A stretch of DNA of 64,000 bases from Patescibacteria group bacterium (GTDB lineage Bacteria > Patescibacteriota > Minisyncoccia > Phycocordibacterales > PALSA-1337). How positions within the stretch are numbered: the stretch's first letter is position 1; each line of letters begins with the position of its first letter. Location of the stretch: assembly GCA_038064415.1 (NCBI GenBank), contig JBBTTD010000001.1, positions 13,738 through 77,737 of the forward strand, in the 5' to 3' direction. The notes beneath the pieces are model-generated. The model worked only from the letters and a program-made list of their open reading frames with translations. It searched no databases and was not told where the DNA came from. Of the stretch, positions 49,756 to 58,545 are shown in pieces. The position numbers were made by a program, and so were the translations under genes.

Positions 49756-50793
49756 ATGGCAACATCAACAATCTCATTTAAACCCAAGCAGATCGTCAAA
49801 CGTCTTCTCGCTTCATTACCTGATCGCGCTCGTGAAGTTATCATATATCGTTATGGACTTGGTTCTGATACCAAGCGTATGACACTTGACGCAATTGGAA
49901 AGAAATATGGTATTACTCGCGAACGAGTTCGTCAGATAGAAAACTACGCGCTCGGAATTATCCGCAAATCTGACGAGTATCGGTTGGAAAAAGCAATTTT
50001 TGCTGAACTAGAGACCCTGCTTCATGCTTTGGGTGGAGTTGTCGTGGAAGATGATTTCCTTGGTCATGTCTCAAAGGACAAGAGTCTTCAAAATCATGTT
50101 CATTTTCTCTTAGTTATTGGTGAACCTTTCAAAAAAAGAAAAGAAGATGATGAGTTCAATCATCGTTGGCATGTCAATGAGGAACTTTCTACTCAAGTAG
50201 AAGATGCCCTACGCAAACTTTATAACAATCTTAATACGCAAGATCTTTTGCCTGAATCAGAGATTATCAACAAATTTCTTCAGCATTTAGAGAGTGTTTC
50301 TGAACGCTACAAGAATCAAGAGATTATGAAACGCTGGTTGGCATTATCTAAATCAATCGGAAAGAATGCTTTAGGAGATTGGGGTGCGGCAAATTCTTCA
50401 AATATCAAGACCAAGGGTATGCGTGATTATGCTTTTCTAGTTATCAGAAAACATGGTTCGCCGATCCATTTTCGTGATGTAGCCAAGCAGATTATGGCGA
50501 TGTTTAACAAGAAAGCTCATGTTGCCACGACTCACAATGAGTTGATTAAAGATCCTCGCTTCGTGCTAGTCGGTCGTGGTTTATATGCTTTGGCAGAATG
50601 GGGTTATGCGCCAGGAATTGTACGAGATGTTATACGACTTGTTATACAGAAAAATGGTCCAATGACCAAAAATGAGATAATCTCTAAAGTCCTGAAGGAA
50701 CGCTATGTTAAGGAAAACACCATTGCGGTAAATCTCCAAAACCCGAAGTATTTCAAAAAAGACAAGGATGGTAAGTATTCGGTGGTTGCGTAA
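49756..50793 (+). CDS. Sigma-70 region-4 HTH fused to HARE-HTH-like domain(s)
   Basis: N-terminus VIIYRYGLGSDTKRMTLDAIGKKYGITRERVRQIENYALGIIRK matches sigma-70 region 4.1/4.2. The C-terminus (FRDVAKQI ... DPRFVLVGRGLYALAEWGY) matches the HARE-HTH fold of the RNAP delta subunit. Confidence 0.5.
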   Translation: MATSTISFKPKQIVKRLLASLPDRAREVIIYRYGLGSDTKRMTLDAIGKKYGITRERVRQIENYALGIIRKSDEYRLEKAIFAELETLLHALGGVVVEDDFLGHVSKDKSLQNHVHFLLVIGEPFKKRKEDDEFNHRWHVNEELSTQVEDALRKLYNNLNTQDLLPESEIINKFLQHLESVSERYKNQEIMKRWLALSKSIGKNALGDWGAANSSNIKTKGMRDYAFLVIRKHGSPIHFRDVAKQIMAMFNKKAHVATTHNELIKDPRFVLVGRGLYALAEWGYAPGIVRDVIRLVIQKNGPMTKNEIISKVLKERYVKENTIAVNLQNPKYFKKDKDGKYSVVA

Positions 50794-50805
50794 GAAATAA
50801 AAAAA

Positions 50806-50850
50806 CCAAGGTCGGACCTTAGCTCCAAATCACCCAAGGTCCGACCTTGG
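50806..50850. repeat. Palindromic element family 1 (exact reverse complement of the 20336-20379 copy), flanked by an A-run and a T-run
   Basis: AAAAAACCAAGGTCGGACCTTagctccaaatcaccCAAGGTCCGACCTTGGTTTTTTT has the shape of a bidirectional terminator. Confidence 0.8.
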
Positions 50851-50932
50851 TTTTTTTAAATAGTCCTCGGCAATAAAAACATGTGTGCACTATTATTGTT
50901 TTTGGTTAAGCTGTTCATGTTATAATAGTGGC

Positions 50933-52219
50933 ATGCCCGTTGAACAATTAATTCCGTCATTGGTATCGGATTTTAAATCAAATATTCTGCCACAGGCGAT
51001 TCAATTCATCATAACTATTTCGCCGATACTTTTTGTCTTTATTATGGCCAAGATTTTTTGGCCAATCTGGGTCAGTTATGTAAGGTCCAAGAATTTTCTA
51101 TCATTGAAATATACAACGCTTGAGATAAAGTTACCTAAAGACACATTCAAGTCTCCATTAGCGATGGAAGTATTTCTGCAATCTTTGCACAACACCGCGG
51201 ACGGAAGTCTCTATGCCCAATATTGGAAAGGCGAGACCCGGCCATGGTATTCTTTGGAGTTGGTTTCCATTGAAGGACGAGTTAAGTTTTTTATTTGGAC
51301 GGAAGATAGACGCAAAGGTGGAGTGATATCAGGATTGTATTCACAGTTTCCAGGAGTTGAAGTTCATGAAAATGAAGATTATGCGCGATCAGTACATTTT
51401 GATCCAAACACAATGAAAATCTGGGGATGCGAGTTTAAATTTACCAGAGAAGATCCTTACCCAATTAAAACCTATGTTGATTATGGACTTGATAAAGATC
51501 CAAAAGAGGAGTTCAAAGTAGATCCAATGACGCCTTTGATTGAATTTTTAGGAAATGTCGGAACTAATCAACAGATTTGGTTACAAATCTTGTTTCGCGC
51601 CCACAAAAAAGAGCAAAGAAAACCTGGGCATTGGTTTAAAAAGACGGATTTGTGGCAAGATGAAGCAAAGGAATTAGTTAATGAAATTTTAATCCGTGAC
51701 GCCAAGACCAAAGTGTCGGGTGAAATAAATCCAGATACCGGATACAGTAAATCACCGACGATCTCCAAAGGTGAACAAAGTATCGTTGAATCAATTGAGA
51801 GAAGCGTGACTAAACTTGCTTTTGATACTGGCATCAGGGCGCTCTATATTTCTAAAAAAGAAGTATTTGATGGACCTTTCGGAATAGGTGGAATTATTGG
51901 CAATATGAAGCATTTCAATACAGAAAGTCTCAATGGTTTCAAACCTAATGGGGATGTTTGGCATAGTAGACTAGACGATCCTTGGAAGGATTATAATAAT
52001 ATTCGTCGAGACCGCTATGCTCGTGAAGCTTTGGCTACATACAAACGTCGATCATTTTTTTATCCCGCGCTGTATCCATTTAGTAGGAGTAAATCTATGA
52101 TACTAAATACCGAAGAATTGGCTACGGTATATCATTTTCCAGGATCCGTCGCCGCTACCCCATCACTGGATCGTATTCCATCAAAGAAAGCCGAGGCACC
52201 TTCAAATCTGCCAGTCTAA
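50933..52219 (+). CDS. Hypothetical membrane-anchored protein
   Basis: N-terminal TM helix, then a 400-aa soluble region with no Walker motif and no recognisable domain. The start is trimmed to MPVEQLIP. Confidence 0.45.
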   Translation: MPVEQLIPSLVSDFKSNILPQAIQFIITISPILFVFIMAKIFWPIWVSYVRSKNFLSLKYTTLEIKLPKDTFKSPLAMEVFLQSLHNTADGSLYAQYWKGETRPWYSLELVSIEGRVKFFIWTEDRRKGGVISGLYSQFPGVEVHENEDYARSVHFDPNTMKIWGCEFKFTREDPYPIKTYVDYGLDKDPKEEFKVDPMTPLIEFLGNVGTNQQIWLQILFRAHKKEQRKPGHWFKKTDLWQDEAKELVNEILIRDAKTKVSGEINPDTGYSKSPTISKGEQSIVESIERSVTKLAFDTGIRALYISKKEVFDGPFGIGGIIGNMKHFNTESLNGFKPNGDVWHSRLDDPWKDYNNIRRDRYAREALATYKRRSFFYPALYPFSRSKSMILNTEELATVYHFPGSVAATPSLDRIPSKKAEAPSNLPV

Positions 52220-52225
52220 ACAGTT

Positions 52226-53215
52226 ATGTCTACTTACAGATTGAAAATACTGACAAATAGGTTATTTCGTAGATATGAGACTGTCACAAAAGGCCTTATA
52301 GCTTTGGGCTTGTTGGCATTAATTGTCTTAATTATTTATTCAATTTCTCCATTAAATTTTCCTAGAGGTAAGATTGTTAGAATCAACAAAAATATGGGTG
52401 TGACCGCGGTCGCCAATATGCTTAAAGATGATGGCATTATTCGTTCAGCGTTTATTTACAAAGCATATGTTGTTCTTTTGCATGATGGTAAAGGCGTTCA
52501 GGCAGGCAGTTATTTATTTGATCAACCCCAGTCAGCTTTGAGAGTGGCTTATAGAACTGCTTATGGTATCAGCGAATTGCAAAAAATTAGAGTCACAATA
52601 TTTGAAGGCTTAAATTCTAAAGAAATTGGGACTACAATAAAAAAGAACATTCCAGAATTTGATGTTGATGACTTTATTAGTAAGGCCAGAAACTATGAAG
52701 GTCATCTTTTTCCTGAAACATATTTTTTCAATCCAGACGTAGAATCCGATGAGGTTATCGCTGAAATGCGTGGACAGTTTGATAGGGAGATAGTTCCATA
52801 TAAAGATGCCGTAGCTACTTCAACGAAATCGCTTAGAGAAATAATCATCATGGCTTCCATAATAGAGAAAGAGGCCAATAATACAGAAGATCGCCGAATG
52901 GTTTCGGGTGTATTATGGAATAGAATCAGAATTAACATGCCACTTCAAACAGATGTGCCATTTTATTACATTATCAATCGAGCCGCTAATCAATTAACCG
53001 TGAAAGATTTGGCTACAACTTCTCCATACAATACTTATCTTAATAAAGGTTTACCGCCGACTCCAATAAGTAATCCTGGTCTTGACTCTATTGAAGCGGC
53101 ATTATATCCAACTAAGAGCCAGTATTTGTTTTATCTCGCTGACGGCAATGGCATAACTCATTTTGCCAAAACTCATGATGAACATGTGGCAAATAAATTC
53201 AAGTATTTGCAGTAA
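52226..53215 (+). CDS. mltG: Endolytic murein transglycosylase MltG (YceG family)
   Basis: N-terminal TM helix and a YceG domain with a conserved catalytic Glu region (IIIMASIIEKEAN). Confidence 0.75.
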   Translation: MSTYRLKILTNRLFRRYETVTKGLIALGLLALIVLIIYSISPLNFPRGKIVRINKNMGVTAVANMLKDDGIIRSAFIYKAYVVLLHDGKGVQAGSYLFDQPQSALRVAYRTAYGISELQKIRVTIFEGLNSKEIGTTIKKNIPEFDVDDFISKARNYEGHLFPETYFFNPDVESDEVIAEMRGQFDREIVPYKDAVATSTKSLREIIIMASIIEKEANNTEDRRMVSGVLWNRIRINMPLQTDVPFYYIINRAANQLTVKDLATTSPYNTYLNKGLPPTPISNPGLDSIEAALYPTKSQYLFYLADGNGITHFAKTHDEHVANKFKYLQ

Positions 53216-53241
53216 AACGGAAAAAGCTGTAACTTGACTAG

Positions 53242-54375
53242 ATGAATAGAAAAGGACTGAAATCCAAAGTCTTCGTTGGCATGTCTGGCGGAGTGGATTC
53301 GTCGCTTTCCGCGACATTGCTGAAAAAAGCCGGGTTTAATGTAACGGGTGTTTTCATCAAGGTTTGGCAACCTAATTGGATAAAATGTGCTTGGAAAGAG
53401 GATCGGTTGGACGCGATGCGTGTCGCGGCACATTTAGATATTCCATTTGTCACACTTGATCTGGAAAAGGAATATAAAAAAAATGTCGTTGATTATATGA
53501 TCAATGAATACAAGTCTGGTCGCACGCCGAATCCAGATGTAATGTGCAACAAAAGCGTCAAATTTGGAGCTTTTTACGACTGGGCTATGGAAAATGGAGC
53601 AGATTTTATCGCGACTGGACATTATGCGAGAATAAGCGCGCGAGTACAAAAAAGTCCACAAACCGCAAATAAATCGTTCCGTCAACTACTTAAAGCGGTT
53701 GATCCAAGTAAAGATCAATCATATTTCTTGTACACATTGAAACGAGAACAACTTCAGCATATTTTATTTCCAATCGGTCATCTTAAAAAGACTGAAGTCA
53801 GGAAATTAGCGAAAAAGTCCAAACTACCGACGGCGGATAAAAAAGACAGTCAAGGTTTGTGTTTTATCGGCAAAGTTGACGTAAAAGATTTTCTTTCTCA
53901 CTATGTTGAAGCGAAATCAGGTAACATCTTGAATGAAAATGGGGAAATTATCGGCATTCATCCTGGCGCGTTGTTTTTTACGATTGGCGAGAGACATGGA
54001 TTCACGATAACAAGAAAGACTCCCGACGATTTGCCGTATTATATTGTTGATAAAGATGTTGAACGAAATACTCTTACTGTTTCGAGAAAAGATCTGGGCA
54101 ATAGACTTGCTCATACAGAGAAGGTGGCGCGAATAGATAAAGTCAATTGGATTGAGGGTGTTGTTCCAAATCAATTTGGCGCTGTAGATTCAGCTTTTTC
54201 ACTGCAAGCGCAGAGCCGATATCACCAAACTATGCAAAAAATTCGTATCAGTAATTTAACTATTTCTGGCATGACGATTGAATTTGAACAACCTCAAGAA
54301 GTAATTACACCTGGACAATCATTAGTTATTTACGATGGGGAAGTTTGTCTGGGAGGCGGAATTATTGAAGATTAA
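53242..54375 (+). CDS. mnmA: tRNA-specific 2-thiouridylase MnmA
   Basis: VGMSGGVDSS PP-loop, conserved Cys residues, C-terminal domain. Confidence 0.85.
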   Translation: MNRKGLKSKVFVGMSGGVDSSLSATLLKKAGFNVTGVFIKVWQPNWIKCAWKEDRLDAMRVAAHLDIPFVTLDLEKEYKKNVVDYMINEYKSGRTPNPDVMCNKSVKFGAFYDWAMENGADFIATGHYARISARVQKSPQTANKSFRQLLKAVDPSKDQSYFLYTLKREQLQHILFPIGHLKKTEVRKLAKKSKLPTADKKDSQGLCFIGKVDVKDFLSHYVEAKSGNILNENGEIIGIHPGALFFTIGERHGFTITRKTPDDLPYYIVDKDVERNTLTVSRKDLGNRLAHTEKVARIDKVNWIEGVVPNQFGAVDSAFSLQAQSRYHQTMQKIRISNLTISGMTIEFEQPQEVITPGQSLVIYDGEVCLGGGIIED

Positions 54376-54402
54376 ATCACTCATTACAACACAGGCGCGC
54401 AC

Positions 54403-55302
54403 ATGTTGGGTCATCTACTTCTATTTAGTTTTTTAACTTTATTGTATAATATGGTTCCAATGAATCACTTAATTACCATAACCAAGTCCGATGGCACTAA
54501 ACAGCTTTTTGAAGAAGAAAAACTGGTAAGTTCACTCAAGCGTGCTGGCGCATCCAACCAAGCTATTGATGAAATAGTTGAACAAGTAGAAAATAGTATC
54601 AAAGAAGGAATGACGACCAGTGAGATTTATGGCCATGCCTTTTCACTTTTGCGCAAGCACTCTGTTCATATAGCAGTCAAATATTCAGTTCGGCGAGCAT
54701 TGGCGGAGCTCGGACCTGACGGTTTTCCATTTGAGCGATTTGTGGCTCGAATATTCAATACTTGGGGATATGAGACGCTTACAGATCAACATGTTATGGG
54801 TTCATGTATTGAACACGAAGTTGATGTAATAGCTTGGAAAAGTGGGGTTTTAGCAATGGTTGAAGCAAAATTTCACAATGAATTTGGATTGAAATCTGAT
54901 GTCAAAGTGGCTCTCTATGTCAAAGCACGCTTTGATGATATCAGTGGTAATGCTTTTGATTTTGGTGGTATGAAGCAAAAACTATCGGAACGTTGGTTAT
55001 TTACTAATACAAAATTTACTGATCAAGCGATCAAATACAGTACTTGCAATAATCTCAAACTGATTGGCTGGAATTATCCTGCTGATAATAATTTACACAC
55101 AATCATTGAGAAGTATAGACTTCATCCGATTACTTGTGCGACTAGTCTCAACCACCAACAGAAAAAGGATTTGGTCGGTAGAAATATTTTGACTTGTTCT
55201 GATCTTGTCAGACAGCCGGAAATCCTAAAGTTGATTGGGATTCGTCAAGATTCCGATATCCAGAGAATTTTGGCTGAAGTGAGTTTGCTTACAGAAAAAT
55301 AG
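54403..55302 (+). CDS. ATP-cone domain fused to an Mrr-like (PD-(D/E)xK) restriction-endonuclease domain
   Basis: The ATP-cone segment (ITKSDGTKQLFEEEKLVSSLKRAGAS) is followed by FERFVARIF ... EHEVDVIAWK ... VEAKF, the Mrr_cat pattern. Confidence 0.55.
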   Translation: MLGHLLLFSFLTLLYNMVPMNHLITITKSDGTKQLFEEEKLVSSLKRAGASNQAIDEIVEQVENSIKEGMTTSEIYGHAFSLLRKHSVHIAVKYSVRRALAELGPDGFPFERFVARIFNTWGYETLTDQHVMGSCIEHEVDVIAWKSGVLAMVEAKFHNEFGLKSDVKVALYVKARFDDISGNAFDFGGMKQKLSERWLFTNTKFTDQAIKYSTCNNLKLIGWNYPADNNLHTIIEKYRLHPITCATSLNHQQKKDLVGRNILTCSDLVRQPEILKLIGIRQDSDIQRILAEVSLLTEK

Positions 55303-55303
55303 G

Positions 55304-55945
55304 GTGATAAGCAAGAAAGCGTATGTAATTTTTATGAATAAGATTGAAGAGATGAAAAAAATTCGGGATGAGATTCTTGTCTTAAAGGGATCTCCTCTTT
55401 ACGAGTATAGAGTTATGAATAATTTTTTGCCAGTAATAGGCGAGGGAAGTCATGACGCCAAAATGATGTTTGTCGGCGAAGCTCCAGGTAGGAATGAGGC
55501 AAAGACAGGTAGACCTTTTTGTGGAGCCGCCGGTAAAGTCCTTGATCAACTTCTTGAACACATTAATGTTGATCGCAAGTCAGTCTATGTTACAAACATT
55601 GTCAAAGATCGTCCACCCGAAAATAGAGATCCGACGGTCATGGAAATTGAGGTTTATGGTCCGTTTTTGAATAGGCAGATAGAAATTATCAAGCCACGCG
55701 TTATTGTGGCACTTGGACGCTACGCAATGGGATACATTATGAAAAAGTTTGAATTAGACCTGGCACTTGAGCCAATAAGTAAAGCTCATGGAAAATCATA
55801 TTCAACCCAGATAGTCTGGAAAGATTCAAGTAGGAAGCCGATTGATTTGGATATAGTAGTTCAGTATCATCCGTGCGTGGCAGTTTATAATCCAAATAAT
55901 TTACCTAATTTAAAGAAAGATTTTGAGATACTGAAGACATATTAA
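55304..55945 (+). CDS. Uracil-DNA glycosylase, family 4
   Basis: GEAPGRNEAKTGRPFCGAAGKVL motif and a conserved HP...V motif near the C-terminus. Confidence 0.75.
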   Translation: MISKKAYVIFMNKIEEMKKIRDEILVLKGSPLYEYRVMNNFLPVIGEGSHDAKMMFVGEAPGRNEAKTGRPFCGAAGKVLDQLLEHINVDRKSVYVTNIVKDRPPENRDPTVMEIEVYGPFLNRQIEIIKPRVIVALGRYAMGYIMKKFELDLALEPISKAHGKSYSTQIVWKDSSRKPIDLDIVVQYHPCVAVYNPNNLPNLKKDFEILKTY

Positions 55946-55977
55946 AAAACCGGTCCAAACAAGACCGGCTGGTTTCT
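55945..55977. terminator. Bidirectional terminator between convergent genes
   Basis: AAAAAACCGGTC-caaacaa-GACCGGCTGGTTT. Confidence 0.6.
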
Positions 55978-55986
55978 ACGCATTTT

Positions 55987-56517
55987 TCAATTGAGATTTC
56001 TTTTCGTTTTTTCCTTCTGAAGTCTCTTGAGCTCTTTTGAAATAATACTTCTTAACTCCAAAGCCAAAAGTCGTTCGTTCATCTCTTCGTCCATTACGAC
56101 GATGTGAATTCCCTCCGCTTTTTCTCCGTATTTGTCCTGAAATTTATGTCTACCAAACCACGAACTTTTAATCTGAAGAGGAATAGAATGTTGCGCGGTG
56201 TCGTCAATCACGATATCTATCCAAAAATCAATTCCATGCCGTTCATCCTGATTTCGACTTGCTTTTCTGATTTTGAGAATCTCAGGGAATAGACCATTTT
56301 TAATGACTTCTTTAGCCATACCCAAAAAAAGCTTCTCATTGACGAACCCTTTCTTGTCTTCTTCCCGCTGCCTTTGAAGAAACCTATTGATTGGTTTACC
56401 TTTTCCATGTATCTTCTTGATAGTAGAGATTAAAGTGACTAGTTGCCCAGTTCCTGAATGCTGAATTGTCAAATCATCAGAATCGTCTGCGATCGGTGAA
56501 AGTTTACTTAGATTCAT
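55987..56517 (-). CDS. Hypothetical protein (possible PD-(D/E)xK-like fold)
   Basis: 176 aa with GIDFWIDIVID ... LQIKSS, which fits a D...(D/E)xK-like spacing. No other recognisable features. Confidence 0.35.
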   Translation of the reverse strand: MNLSKLSPIADDSDDLTIQHSGTGQLVTLISTIKKIHGKGKPINRFLQRQREEDKKGFVNEKLFLGMAKEVIKNGLFPEILKIRKASRNQDERHGIDFWIDIVIDDTAQHSIPLQIKSSWFGRHKFQDKYGEKAEGIHIVVMDEEMNERLLALELRSIISKELKRLQKEKTKRNLN

Positions 56518-56585
56518 ATGAACCTTTCGTGTTTAGTTTTTTACTCTAAAGCTAGATTACCATAAATGGTTAATATTGACAAGGT

Positions 56586-56604
56586 GTGGAGGTCAGACCT
56601 TCAC
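56586..56604. repeat. Palindromic element family 2 (GTGGAGGTCAGACCTTCAC)
   Basis: Lies in the divergent region upstream of alaS. Confidence 0.7.
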
Positions 56605-56640
56605 TTTTAAGAAATCCGTATTTCTGCTACAATTTTCAAT

Positions 56641-58545
56641 ATGAACTCCTCCAAAATTCGCCGACGATTTCTGAACTTTTTTGAGAAAAGAGGGCATGCC
56701 ATTATTGACTCGGCTTCTTTGGTTACAACTGACGAAAAAAATGTGACTGATTCCACGCTTTTTAACACTGCTGGAATGCAGCCACTTGCGCCGTATTTAC
56801 TCGGTAAAATTCATCCAAAGGGTAATCGTCTCGCAGATGTCCAAAAATGTCTTCGTACAATTGATTTGGATGATGTCGGAGATAAAACTCACGCCACCTT
56901 TTTTGAGATGCTAGGCAACTGGTCACTTGGTGATTATTTCAAAAAAGATGCTATCAATTGGAGTTATGAATTTTTGACTGACAAGAATGAAGGGCTTGGT
57001 CTTGATCCGAGTAGGCTTTATGTAACTGTTTTTGAAGGTAACTCCAACAGTCCAAAAGATGATGAAGCGGTTGAAATTTGGCAAGAGGTGTTTGCGAAAA
57101 ATAGTGTTGATATTGGTAACGATACCTCTAATATTAGAAATTCAGGACGTATTTTCTATATGCCAGCGAATGCGAATTGGTGGGAGGCAGGTGAAAATGG
57201 ACCATGTGGTCCAGATACGGAGATGTATTATGATATCACCGGTAAATTTGGGGGTAAGTGTTTGACCAAAGAGCAATTCATTGAAGCTGAAAGTCAAAAA
57301 GAAATTGTTGAGGTCTGGAATGATGTCTTTATGCAATATGAAAAGAAAAATGGCAAAATTGTCGGTAAATTGGCAAAGCCGTCAGTTGATACTGGCGCCG
57401 GATTGGAAAGATTGGCAATGATTATGCAGGGCGTGGATAATATTTATGAGACGGATTTGTTGAAGCCGGTTATGGATAATATTGAACAGAAAAAAAACAA
57501 AAAACATTTACAAGATTGGGATATTAAATCAGTTAGAATCATAGCGGATCATGTGAGGGCCGCAATATTTCTAATTGCTGATGGTGTAATCCCGTCTAAT
57601 ATAGGTAGAGGATATGTTCTACGTAAGTTGATCCGTAGAGCGATTCGCCAACAGAAACTTATTAAGTTAGAAATCAGCAATTTATCAGAATTTGTTCCTA
57701 TTGTTATTGAAATCTATAGGAAAACTTATCCTACTCTTGTTAGAAAGGAAAGACAAATCAAGGAAATTTTTAGTCAAGAAGGTGGCAAATTTATACAGGT
57801 TCTTCATAGTGGTGATCTTGAAATTGATGATTTAATCAAGAAAGCGATACATGAGAAGAGATCAATTTCTGGAAAGGAATCTTTTATTTTATACTCATCG
57901 TATGGATTTCCGATCGAAGAAACAGTTAAAATAGCAAAGACTAAAGGGATTGATGTTGACATTGTGGGATTTGAAGATGAATTCAAAAAACACCAAGAAC
58001 TTTCTCGCTCTGGCGCTGAACAAAAATTCAAGGGCGGTCTGGCTAACTCGCAAGATGAGATGGTTGTCAGATATCACACCGCTACTCATTTACTACATCA
58101 AGCTCTGCATGATGTTTTAGGTGAAGGCGCTAATCAAAAAGGCTCTAATATCACTAAAGAACGCCTGCGTTTTGATTTTTCCCATTCTGTTAGAATGGCA
58201 GATGAACAAAAAAAACGCGTTGAGGATATTGTCAATCAGAAAATCAATGAAGCATTACCCGTGAATAATGTTATTTTATCTCGCGAAGATGCCGAAAAGA
58301 CTGGCGCGCGACACTTTTTTGGAGAAAAATACGGAGATCAGATTTCAATCTTTTTTGTCGGTCACGCTTCTAGACCACCAACTATTGCTGAATTGAAAAA
58401 TGCCTATTCAAAAGAATTTTGTGGTGGACCTCATGTCAAAAATACTAAGGAACTTACCGGACCAGAAGGGAAGTGGATGTTCAAAATACAAAAAGAAGAA
58501 GCAGTCGCGCAAGGGATAAGAAGGATTAAGGCGGTATTGAATTGA
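56641..58545 (+). CDS. alaS: Alanyl-tRNA synthetase, short form lacking the C-Ala domain
   Basis: Class II catalytic core and an editing domain with the HxxxH motif (HTATHLLHQALH). Ends at 634 aa. Confidence 0.85.
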   Translation: MNSSKIRRRFLNFFEKRGHAIIDSASLVTTDEKNVTDSTLFNTAGMQPLAPYLLGKIHPKGNRLADVQKCLRTIDLDDVGDKTHATFFEMLGNWSLGDYFKKDAINWSYEFLTDKNEGLGLDPSRLYVTVFEGNSNSPKDDEAVEIWQEVFAKNSVDIGNDTSNIRNSGRIFYMPANANWWEAGENGPCGPDTEMYYDITGKFGGKCLTKEQFIEAESQKEIVEVWNDVFMQYEKKNGKIVGKLAKPSVDTGAGLERLAMIMQGVDNIYETDLLKPVMDNIEQKKNKKHLQDWDIKSVRIIADHVRAAIFLIADGVIPSNIGRGYVLRKLIRRAIRQQKLIKLEISNLSEFVPIVIEIYRKTYPTLVRKERQIKEIFSQEGGKFIQVLHSGDLEIDDLIKKAIHEKRSISGKESFILYSSYGFPIEETVKIAKTKGIDVDIVGFEDEFKKHQELSRSGAEQKFKGGLANSQDEMVVRYHTATHLLHQALHDVLGEGANQKGSNITKERLRFDFSHSVRMADEQKKRVEDIVNQKINEALPVNNVILSREDAEKTGARHFFGEKYGDQISIFFVGHASRPPTIAELKNAYSKEFCGGPHVKNTKELTGPEGKWMFKIQKEEAVAQGIRRIKAVLN

